A stretch of DNA of 33,041 nucleotides from Myxococcota bacterium (lineage in GTDB: Bacteria; Myxococcota; UBA4151): contig JBDQPD010000035.1 in the NCBI GenBank assembly GCA_040260805.1, forward strand, positions 1 to 33,041, in the 5' to 3' direction. The position numbers were made by a program, and so were the translations under genes. Shown here piece by piece: positions 26,015 to 33,041 of this stretch. Position 1 is the first letter of the stretch, and every line of letters begins with the position of its first letter. The notes beneath the pieces were generated by a model. The model had not been told where the DNA came from. It saw nothing but the letters and a program-made list of their open reading frames with translations, and searched no databases.

Positions 26015-26439
26015 GATCACTGATCTGCATGGCTGCGCTCGGATGGGTAGGGTGCGACTCAAACGACAAGGAGTGTTTACTGCATTCACAATGTGCCTCA
26101 TCTGAGCGTTGCATTGAGGGGTTGTGCGCAGCACCTCCGGTTGCGCCCACTCCAGAGGCCGGGCCAGATGTTGGTCAGCTTGATGCATCCCAAGCAGATG
26201 TGGTGATGACCGATGCTGCGCTCGCGGATGGCGTGAGTAGCTCGGATGCTTCGCAATCGGATGCCCACGCCGGAGACGGTGCTTGGCCTGACGGCTCGCA
26301 TCCTGATGCAGAGATTCAAGGTTCGGATGCGGCAAGCCAACTTGATGCCGGAATGTCGTCTGCCGATGCGTCCGATTCCGATGCGTCGGATTTCGATGCG
26401 GACCAAACGCCGACGGATGCTTCGCCCGGTCAGGACTAA
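26011..26439 (+). CDS. Small lipoprotein: one Cys-rich module plus an Asp/Ala/Ser-rich repeat tail
   Basis: GGAG at 26001-26004; TTG 26011 overlaps the dgt stop (TTGA); lipobox WVGC; ECLLHSQCASSERCIEGLC; repeated (S)DA units. Confidence 0.7.
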   Translation: MRSLICMAALGWVGCDSNDKECLLHSQCASSERCIEGLCAAPPVAPTPEAGPDVGQLDASQADVVMTDAALADGVSSSDASQSDAHAGDGAWPDGSHPDAEIQGSDAASQLDAGMSSADASDSDASDFDADQTPTDASPGQD

Positions 26440-26464
26440 AAAACATAGCGGCGCGTGGTTTTCC

Positions 26465-26493
26465 TTGACACTAGGAGACGCTAAATCTAGCCC
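26465..26493 (+). promoter_or_regulatory. Putative sigma70-type promoter for tRNA-Ala/rpmB
   Basis: TTGACA 26465-26470, a 17-nt spacer, TAGCCC 26488-26493, then a GC-rich discriminator-like stretch before the tRNA. Confidence 0.6.
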
Positions 26494-26507
26494 GCTCGCC
26501 CGCAGAT

Positions 26508-26583
26508 GGGGTCATAGCTCAGTTGGTAGAGCGCTAGAATCGCACTTTAGAGGTCGGGGGTTCGACTCCCCCTGACTCCACCA
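26508..26583 (+). tRNA. tRNA-Ala(CGC)
   Basis: 76-nt cloverleaf: acceptor GGGGTCA/TGACTCC with the G3:U70 Ala determinant, D arm GCTC/GAGC, anticodon arm CTAGA-ATCGCAC-TTTAG, T arm GGGGG-TTCGACT-CCCCC, and encoded CCA. Confidence 0.97.
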
Positions 26584-26602
26584 AGGTTTGTAGGAGGACA
26601 TC

Positions 26603-26827
26603 ATGGCTGTTTGCACCTTCACCGGAAAGAAAGGGATGTCGGGTAACCGCGTCTCTCACGCCAACAACAAGAATAAGCGACGTTACAGTTCGAACATTCA
26701 GTCGAAGCGTTTCTTCATTCCCGAGCAGAACCGCTGGGTACGCCTCTCGGTTAGCACCCGTGCTATTCGGACTATCGATAAGATGGGCCTGCTCGCCTAC
26801 GCTAAAAAGGCTGGCATCAAGATCTAA
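26603..26827 (+). CDS. rpmB: 50S ribosomal protein L28 (bL28)
   Basis: AGGAGG RBS; CTFTGKKGMSGNRVSHANNKNKRRYSSNIQ...RWVRLSVSTRAIRTIDKMG. Confidence 0.97.
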   Translation: MAVCTFTGKKGMSGNRVSHANNKNKRRYSSNIQSKRFFIPEQNRWVRLSVSTRAIRTIDKMGLLAYAKKAGIKI

Positions 26828-26852
26828 GCCCAGTGGGCCAGGATCTTAGGCT

Positions 26853-26889
26853 AGCGGCGGGGCGTGGTGCCCTGCCGTTGTTGTTTTTT
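26853..26889 (+). terminator. Intrinsic terminator after rpmB
   Basis: Stem CGGCGGGGC / GCCCTGCCG (9 bp, one G:U) with loop GTGGT, followed by TTGTTGTTTTTT. Confidence 0.75.
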
Positions 26890-28086
26890 CTAGTAACCGA
26901 GGACCGGATCGAATCCGCGTCCTTCACCCGGGCGCGTCGAGAGATAGACGACGACGCCAGCGATCGCTGCGGTGCTTGCGACGGTCAAGCCCGAGACCGC
27001 CAGCGCACGACGGCTGACTTTGGGTAGACTCACGGTTGGCAGCGAGGGTTTGTTCTTAGACCACCACTGGCTCAGTTGCGTCGCCAAGCCGAGCGAGCGA
27101 ATCGGCGCACCGACTTCGGCATCAGCCGCCAGCGTTGATTGAACCACAGCGAGCAGCTCATCGTCTTTGATCGTCTCACCGACCGCGGTCTCTGCGCGGT
27201 AGAATAAGGCGCCGCGAGGGACCACTTGCCCGCGCAGGACCGAGAGCCGTTTTGCCCCCACTCGAACCCAAAGAAACTGAGGCGCAGCGAAGTGCTTTCG
27301 CTGGTCAGCAAGAAGCAGGTCAGCTTCGGTTTGAGGCAGACTCCATAGAGGCTTCAGCTTGGCGATGAGTTGCTCGCGCTTAGGGACCAGTTGGTGGGGG
27401 ATATCCACCGCTCCGCCCGAGCTCCCGACGCCGCCTTGAGTCATCAGGCCAGGTGCTGTGGCGCGCCAAGGGATGCTGCCCTTCGACAAGCCTTGGAGCG
27501 TACATGGGGTCACGCACTGCCGGTCTGCAACCTTAACGATCATCGGCTCTGCGCTGGTAAACGAGATCGTTTCAGCGCCACCCTTTTGTTGGCGCATTTG
27601 ATCCATTTGCTCGCCCATCGTCTCACTGAGTTGGGTCCCGGCGGGTAAGTCTATCTTTGGAAACAAAGCCAGAACTTGAGCGACCATCTGGACACCGCTT
27701 GGATCCTCCATCTCCCATAGACGTAACCCAAGCTCGAGCTGGATGTTTGCCCATGTGGTAGCGCCCTTGCGACTGGCGAGCCCTCGTTGAGCTACCAGCT
27801 GCGCCTCTTTGAGGATCGAAATGGCGCCCTCAACGTCGAGCTCGCCGTAGGCACGTCTCGCCTCATCGAGCATCTTTTGTGCTTTCTTACGCGGCTTGAT
27901 GTGTGCTGCTCGTTTGCCGGTCAGATAGCCGGGTAGACTGAGCACTCCAAAGGTCAATTCTCGATGGGCGCGCAGGACCTGCCGGAGCTGGTCGTTGACC
28001 TGAGCCGAGCGCGCTTGGTCCTCTGCCGTCTCGGGTGTGACGATCACAAACGCCCGGGTGGCGAGGAGTGCGACGAGCAAATTCAT
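26890..28086 (-). CDS. Hypothetical exported TPR-like/PEGA-like protein with a C-terminal TM helix
   Basis: Hydrophobic N-terminus from ATG 28086; helical region AQKMLDEARRAYGELDVEGAISIL; PEGA-like CVTPCTLQGLSKG; TM ALAVSGLTVASTAAIAGVVVYL. Confidence 0.55.
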   Translation of the reverse strand: MNLLVALLATRAFVIVTPETAEDQARSAQVNDQLRQVLRAHRELTFGVLSLPGYLTGKRAAHIKPRKKAQKMLDEARRAYGELDVEGAISILKEAQLVAQRGLASRKGATTWANIQLELGLRLWEMEDPSGVQMVAQVLALFPKIDLPAGTQLSETMGEQMDQMRQQKGGAETISFTSAEPMIVKVADRQCVTPCTLQGLSKGSIPWRATAPGLMTQGGVGSSGGAVDIPHQLVPKREQLIAKLKPLWSLPQTEADLLLADQRKHFAAPQFLWVRVGAKRLSVLRGQVVPRGALFYRAETAVGETIKDDELLAVVQSTLAADAEVGAPIRSLGLATQLSQWWSKNKPSLPTVSLPKVSRRALAVSGLTVASTAAIAGVVVYLSTRPGEGRGFDPVLGY

Positions 28087-28136
28087 AGCCAAAGACTGCG
28101 CTGTTGTGTTGCTCAGCGCAAGTTCTAGCCTCAGCT

Positions 28137-30206
28137 CTAAGGAGACTGTCGTTCGTAAGCCAAGGCTGCACAGTGTCTCCCCGCTCGTCCTAAGGTCACA
28201 ACCCAACATCGAGCTTGTCGGTCCGCTGTTTCGACCTGAGCGCCTGATTGGCGCCAACGATCCACAACGGCAGGGTGCGGGTGAAAGAAACGATCAGCCG
28301 GACCGGCACCGATGAGCGCGATCTGGGGTTGGGTTTCCCGGATCAGGGGTAATCCCGATGAGGTTTTGCTGCCGTGATGAGGCACCTTAACCACCGTGGC
28401 ACGACCGAATCGGCCGGCTAAATCGAGCTCACGATCCATTCCAATATCACCAAGGAATAAGAGCCGATGACCGTGAGCGGTGATCGAGACAATCAGACTT
28501 CGTTCGTTGCGGCCACGAACCCAATCATCGGCTCCAGAGAGTCTCGAAATCGTCATGCTTTTAAGATGTAGGTTCTGGGTTTGGTCTGCCCTAAGACAGC
28601 CAAGGATCGATGACTGCGACCACACGCGTCTTGGCTGATGATGCAGACATAAGGCTTGCGCACCGCCGATGTGATCTTGGTCTGCGTGACTGATGATCAT
28701 GAGCTCGGGGGCTCGCTCGAGCCTTGGAAGCAAGTGATTCAAGACGCCGTATTTTGAGGGCCCTGTATCGATCACGACTTGGCTTCCTTGGGATTCGACG
28801 AGCGCCATATCACCATGCCCAATCGGGAGCATCCAGACCTTGGTTCCAGGCTCTTTAGGTGGGGTAAAGAGCGCCGTCGAAAGGCATAAAATAGCCGCAG
28901 TTGTTCGCCTCTGAATCAGCGCCATGGTCATCAGGAACACACCCAAAGCGGTAGCGATCGACCATCGCGGTGACATGAACGGGCTTGGTGATGCGCTGCT
29001 CAGGGTTCCGGCTAAGTCGAGAAAGAGGTTGAGACCGTGGTCAGCCGGGATGGGAGCGCTGAGACAAAGGCTCGCACCTGCAAGAACTAAAACCAGGCTA
29101 AATACTGGCACTAAAGCAAGATTTACGGCGGCACCCAACCAGGCGACTGGGAGTCCGACTAGAGCCAGGATAGGGGCGCTCGATAGGGTCGCTACCAGCG
29201 GAACGGTCAGCGCGCTTGGGCGCGCTTTGACCGCATGAATCAGCGCTAATGAGATGCCGTGACTGAGGAGAAACCCGAGGTCTGCGCCGTGGCGTGGTTC
29301 GACGCCGAGTAGGATCGCCAAGCTGACCCAACCGGTGACCTGTAAGGGGCGATGGGGCGCAAAGCAGGCGACCGCTGCCCAGACGCAAAGTCGAACCCCG
29401 CCAACTGGCCACGCACACCAGGCGCTGATGACCAGCGCCCCGGTCAATACAATCCACCGCAGTCGCCACCCAGCCAAGCGGTACTGCGGTGTGATGAGGC
29501 AGGGTAAACGCAAGCCTAGTATGAGTACGCCCAGCACTAAGCCGACATGCAATCCCGAGACGGCGATAAGGTGCGTGAGACCTAAGCTGTTGAGCATCTG
29601 TTGGGTGTCCCGGAGCTCGGGTAAGCGCTCACCGAGAAAGAGCGCATGTGCGAGGTGCCGACTTCGCGCCGAAAGCACCTGCATTAAATGATCTGAGACG
29701 CCTTGCCTGACCTGGCACAATGCGAGCGCTACCGGAGAGGGTAGTTGCTGTATCTTTATCCCCCTGACTCGCTTGAGCTCTCCGATCGTTCCCTTGGCGA
29801 ACCGATGTCTATAGGGCGCGATCGAGCCGTGATGGCTTTGCGCCACCGGTGGCTCGAGCCTGCCTTCGAGTTGGAGCTTTGTTCCTGCGCACCAGCGTCG
29901 ATTCGAGTATCGCCAAACCACTCGACCCAAAGGGTGATCAAGCTCGACGCGCTGCGAGGTGCTGACCGTGTCTTTAGCGACCGTCAGGATCCATCGGCGC
30001 TGATCGGTACCCTCTAAACCTTGATGCCAATGGATCTGACCGACGCAAAACCCGATCAGGGCGAAGAGCAGTGAACGTTTGATCCTTGGGCGATCAAAGG
30101 CGAGGATAAGAGCTATAAGCTGACTTGCTGCCAGCCAAGGTGCGGGGCCCCATAGGGCAAAGAGTAAGCCAGCGGTGCTAAAGGCGATGGGGTGAATTGA
30201 GAGCAT
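28137..30206 (-). CDS. comEC: ComEC/Rec2 DNA-uptake channel with C-terminal metallo-beta-lactamase domain
   Basis: GLTHLIAVSGLHVG, DLGFLLS, IGHGDM, IDTG, ISHADQDHIGG, NERSLI, LFLGDIG, KVPHHGSKTSS, FFHPHP. Confidence 0.92.
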   Translation of the reverse strand: MLSIHPIAFSTAGLLFALWGPAPWLAASQLIALILAFDRPRIKRSLLFALIGFCVGQIHWHQGLEGTDQRRWILTVAKDTVSTSQRVELDHPLGRVVWRYSNRRWCAGTKLQLEGRLEPPVAQSHHGSIAPYRHRFAKGTIGELKRVRGIKIQQLPSPVALALCQVRQGVSDHLMQVLSARSRHLAHALFLGERLPELRDTQQMLNSLGLTHLIAVSGLHVGLVLGVLILGLRLPCLITPQYRLAGWRLRWIVLTGALVISAWCAWPVGGVRLCVWAAVACFAPHRPLQVTGWVSLAILLGVEPRHGADLGFLLSHGISLALIHAVKARPSALTVPLVATLSSAPILALVGLPVAWLGAAVNLALVPVFSLVLVLAGASLCLSAPIPADHGLNLFLDLAGTLSSASPSPFMSPRWSIATALGVFLMTMALIQRRTTAAILCLSTALFTPPKEPGTKVWMLPIGHGDMALVESQGSQVVIDTGPSKYGVLNHLLPRLERAPELMIISHADQDHIGGAQALCLHHQPRRVWSQSSILGCLRADQTQNLHLKSMTISRLSGADDWVRGRNERSLIVSITAHGHRLLFLGDIGMDRELDLAGRFGRATVVKVPHHGSKTSSGLPLIRETQPQIALIGAGPADRFFHPHPAVVDRWRQSGAQVETADRQARCWVVTLGRAGRHCAALAYERQSP

Positions 30207-30350
30207 ATTGATCCGCAGTGCAGCTTTCGAACCAGCATGGTAAAATAGCTAAAACAGCGGCTTATTGGTTTATCTGCCGATCGTTGGGACAGGCAAGCGT
30301 AGCACTTTCGGGCAGTTCGATGTACGCTTCGCCTGCCCTAGGAGCTGTCC

Positions 30351-31583
30351 GTGCGTCTCACCGCCTTGTCTTTAGCTTTTCTTCTCGCTTGCCCGTCTCA
30401 AGAAGAGGCGATCCCGGACGCTGGAGCTCCCGAAGCCGGCGTTCCGATGGATTCGGGGGTGACGCAGCTGCCTGCAGATGTCGGTTTCGATGCAGGTGAG
30501 CCGAGCTTTGATGTCGGAGTCTCCGACGCTAGTGTTCAAGACACGGGACCGATCGATGCAGGTCTTGACCCTGATTCTTCGGCGGGGCGCGGCTTGGCGC
30601 TGTACACACAGTATTGTGGTTTTTGTCATGGTGAGAGCGGCGAGGGGTATTGGGCAGACAACGCCAATGCGCTTGCGAACCCAGAATTTTTAGCTAGCGC
30701 GAACGACTTCTTTTTGTGGGCGAGTATCCTTGACGGGCGCCCTGGCACCCCGATGTCGCCGTGGGGGCAATCGCACAGTGGTCCGCTGACCGAGACCGAC
30801 GCCTGGGACTTGGTCTCCTACATCCGCCTTTGGCAGGATATGCCGTCGATCGATGTGGATTCGATGGAGCTCGACGGCGACGCCGTCGCTGGTCAAGAGG
30901 TCTACGAGCGCATGCAATGCGGCGCCTGCCATGGTGAACAAGGTGAGGGTGTAACGGCGATGAGTCTGAACAATCCGATGTTCCACCACCTCGCCACCGA
31001 TGGATTCATCTATCACGCGATCGCCAAAGGGCGAGCGCCGACGCCGATGCCAGCCTATGAGGACAATCTGACCGGGGTCGAGATGGCGGACTTGGTCGCC
31101 TACATTCGAACCTGGGCAGAACCGATCGTACCGCCCGAGGAGGAGCCCTTCATCCCCGACTGGACGGACCACTTGATCAATCCAGAGGGTGAGATCGCTG
31201 ACTTCACCCCTCGGGTCGAGGATCGAGGAGAGGCTCGGTTTGATGATGAGTTTGTGCCGGCTCAGCAGGTGTACGATGCGATGCTCGCCGGTGAGTCGTT
31301 TATCCTGGTCGATGCGAGAGTGTCCTCGGATTATCTGATCGGTCACATCAGTGGAGCGGTGTCCGTTCCCTTTGACTCGATCGAGCTGGCGGCGCCAAGT
31401 CTGACGCGAGATCGTTGGATCATCACGTATTGTGGGTGCCCGCATGCGGTCAGTGGTCGCGCCCGTTTAGCCCTCAAAGAGGCTGGGTTTGAGCGCGTGG
31501 CGGTGCTGGATGAGGGCTACTATTTCTGGACTGACCAAGGCTGGCCCGCTTGCGGAGGCCGTGTGCGCTACTGCGAGGAGTGA
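30351..31583 (+). CDS. Lipoprotein: di-heme cytochrome c fused to a rhodanese domain
   Basis: AGGAG RBS plus GTG; lipobox LLAC; CGFCH...GTPMSPW; CGACH...PTPMPAY; LVDARVSSDYLIGHISGAVSVP...ITYCGCPHAVS...VLDEGYYFW. Confidence 0.88.
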   Translation: MRLTALSLAFLLACPSQEEAIPDAGAPEAGVPMDSGVTQLPADVGFDAGEPSFDVGVSDASVQDTGPIDAGLDPDSSAGRGLALYTQYCGFCHGESGEGYWADNANALANPEFLASANDFFLWASILDGRPGTPMSPWGQSHSGPLTETDAWDLVSYIRLWQDMPSIDVDSMELDGDAVAGQEVYERMQCGACHGEQGEGVTAMSLNNPMFHHLATDGFIYHAIAKGRAPTPMPAYEDNLTGVEMADLVAYIRTWAEPIVPPEEEPFIPDWTDHLINPEGEIADFTPRVEDRGEARFDDEFVPAQQVYDAMLAGESFILVDARVSSDYLIGHISGAVSVPFDSIELAAPSLTRDRWIITYCGCPHAVSGRARLALKEAGFERVAVLDEGYYFWTDQGWPACGGRVRYCEE

Positions 31584-32755
31584 TCCTCAGCCTGAGCGAC
31601 CGCCCACGCTAGGCTTTGATCGTTTGATCGCCCAGCGAGCGGTTCCGTCTTTTCGACCTCTTCGGTAAAGAAATAACCAACGGCTGCGCCGATCGGGATC
31701 GCTGCAGCTGAAGCGGCTGTTAGCGCCCGATCATCGTCGATGCCGACCATCGAAAGCGTTGCGACGGTCAGTCCTGCCGCGGCCCAAGCGCTTACGGTCA
31801 TGATGCGACCGCGACCGACTGAGAAGCGGCGGTCATGAGCCCACCATGCGCCGCCGACCATACCCGCAATTGAGCCGAGCGTGACGAGCGCCGTAAAGCG
31901 CTTGTCATCGTTACTGTCGCCGAAGAAAGAGTTTTGAAGCAGCGCCAATTCGACGGCTCCGATGACGGCGCCCGAGTAGGCAAGCGTCGCCGCTCCAGCG
32001 TGTAGATTGAGGTGCTTTGCCAAGCGATAACCGCCTGCCGCGCCAGCAATCGCTGCGCCCGAGATGGTCAACATCGTCAAGTGGCTGGGCTCAAAGTCGT
32101 GGGCGCTAAGGTTCATCATCACGAACACAGGAAGCCAGATGGCACCGAGCGTCGCGCTGTCCATGACGCCAAGCGTTTCTGGGTTTTTTTTGAGGTAGCG
32201 ACTGCTGTAATACGCGCCGCCACCGGCTGCGAGTACAGCGGCGATGATAGTGGGTTCTTCGAGGTTTTCGTCAATGACACCAAAAATGCCGAAGGCGGTG
32301 ACTGCGCTAAGGCTTCCGCCCAATAAAATCCCGGTAAAGGTTCCAGAGCGTCTTGGGGTCTGGTTCGTTTTGAGCGCCACCGGCCCGGTGTGTACCGGCG
32401 CATTACGCACTGCGATGAGCTCTGCCTGAGCCATTTCAAGAAATGGGCTGCTTGGGTGCTTGCTGATCAGCGCCCTATATTTTTCAATCGCTAATCGGAA
32501 ATAACCGACGTCACGAAAGGCGCGTGCCGCCATCAGCAAGGTGAGGTCTGCGCGGCTCAGACAGAGCGTTTTAACCGAACATTCGGATGGTGCTGGGGTG
32601 ACCTCAGGAGCGATGGCTGCTGGCGCGCTGGCCGAGTCAGCCAAAGGCTGATTGGTCACTGGATTCGATGAAGTCGTGGCTGCGTTAGCATCCGTCGACC
32701 AGGCGATTTGTGGAACGCAGCAGAGCAACAAACAAAGGAAGAATCGGTAAGCCAT
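31568..32755 (-). CDS. Hypothetical membrane protein (signal peptide, single TPR, multiple Gly/Ala-rich hydrophobic helices)
   Basis: GGAG RBS before ATG 32755; TPR-like AARAFRDVGYFRLAIEKYRALISKHPSSPF; about 8 hydrophobic helices. Confidence 0.65.
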   Translation of the reverse strand: MAYRFFLCLLLCCVPQIAWSTDANAATTSSNPVTNQPLADSASAPAAIAPEVTPAPSECSVKTLCLSRADLTLLMAARAFRDVGYFRLAIEKYRALISKHPSSPFLEMAQAELIAVRNAPVHTGPVALKTNQTPRRSGTFTGILLGGSLSAVTAFGIFGVIDENLEEPTIIAAVLAAGGGAYYSSRYLKKNPETLGVMDSATLGAIWLPVFVMMNLSAHDFEPSHLTMLTISGAAIAGAAGGYRLAKHLNLHAGAATLAYSGAVIGAVELALLQNSFFGDSNDDKRFTALVTLGSIAGMVGGAWWAHDRRFSVGRGRIMTVSAWAAAGLTVATLSMVGIDDDRALTAASAAAIPIGAAVGYFFTEEVEKTEPLAGRSNDQSLAWAVAQAEDHSSQ

Positions 32756-32926
32756 GAGCACTCCGAGATCTAGATTATGCTTCAATAACCTGCGCTCTTG
32801 CGACCTCTTCCGCAATTCTCTTTGGGTTCGACGCTTGGGAATGAGGAAGCGCCACTAGTTGTCTGAGGGTTGCCGACGCTTGACCCTGGGTAAGCTATGG
32901 CCGATGCACCTTTCGTAGGAGCGATC

Positions 32927-33041
32927 ATGCGTTTTCTTTGTCTAGCCGTCTTTGGACTGTCTTTTGGATGCACTCAAAGCGAGTCTGAGCCCTCTGAGAA
33001 AGTTGACCCGACGGATCCGTCACGAATCCTCAGGGCTGCTG
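32927..33041 (+). CDS. Lipoprotein, N-terminal fragment (runs off the window end)
   Basis: Not in the ORF track. AGGAG 32917-32921, ATG 32927: MRFLCLAVFGLSFGCTQSESEPSEKVDPTDPSRILRAA, a signal peptide with lipobox SFGC, open to the edge. Confidence 0.7.
   Translation, partial: MRFLCLAVFGLSFGCTQSESEPSEKVDPTDPSRILRAA

Noticed and set aside
26190..26425. GATGC-rich repeats as a CRISPR array or DNA repeat element
   Set aside because: The units are short, imperfect and in frame, encoding Asp-Ala repeats; there is no repeat-spacer structure and no cas genes.
26508..26583. tRNA as the integration site of an island
   Set aside because: There is no integrase, I saw no duplicated tRNA 3' end in the window, and rpmB follows directly.
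32782..33041. Minus-strand 63-aa ORF, or a TGA-readthrough (selenocysteine) frame at the window end
   Set aside because: The plus strand has a better gene (RBS, ATG 32927, lipobox), and there is no SECIS or selenoprotein motif evidence.

Overview
A gene-dense, roughly 60% GC bacterial chromosomal window. It is most likely from a Myxococcota/deltaproteobacterial lineage, inferred from Cys-rich and 'DAG'-linker lipoproteins, PEGA/TPR proteins, a Pph1-like PP2C and a pilT-recX pair. Recognisable housekeeping genes are fabI (partial), pckA, recR, recX, a PilT-family ATPase, a UbiB/ABC1 kinase, a PP2C phosphatase, ExbB/ExbD, an SCP2 protein, a long-chain acyl-CoA ligase, a dGTPase, tRNA-Ala(CGC), rpmB and comEC. 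Many uncharacterised envelope proteins lie between them. I found no CRISPR array, transposase, integrase, prophage or clear defence system. The best leads are: (i) a tightly coupled minus-strand run of pseudo-methyltransferase/giant coiled coil, PilT paralog, RecX, ABC1 kinase, DUF192 and PP2C, with the coiled-coil gene where recA might be expected; (ii) a lipoprotein fusing two c-type hemes to a rhodanese; (iii) a TonB-less ExbBD operon headed by two lipoproteins, one a Cys-less thioredoxin fold; and (iv) a metallophosphoesterase-fold lipoprotein whose metal-binding His residues are replaced. All family calls come from motifs read by eye; no database searches were run.
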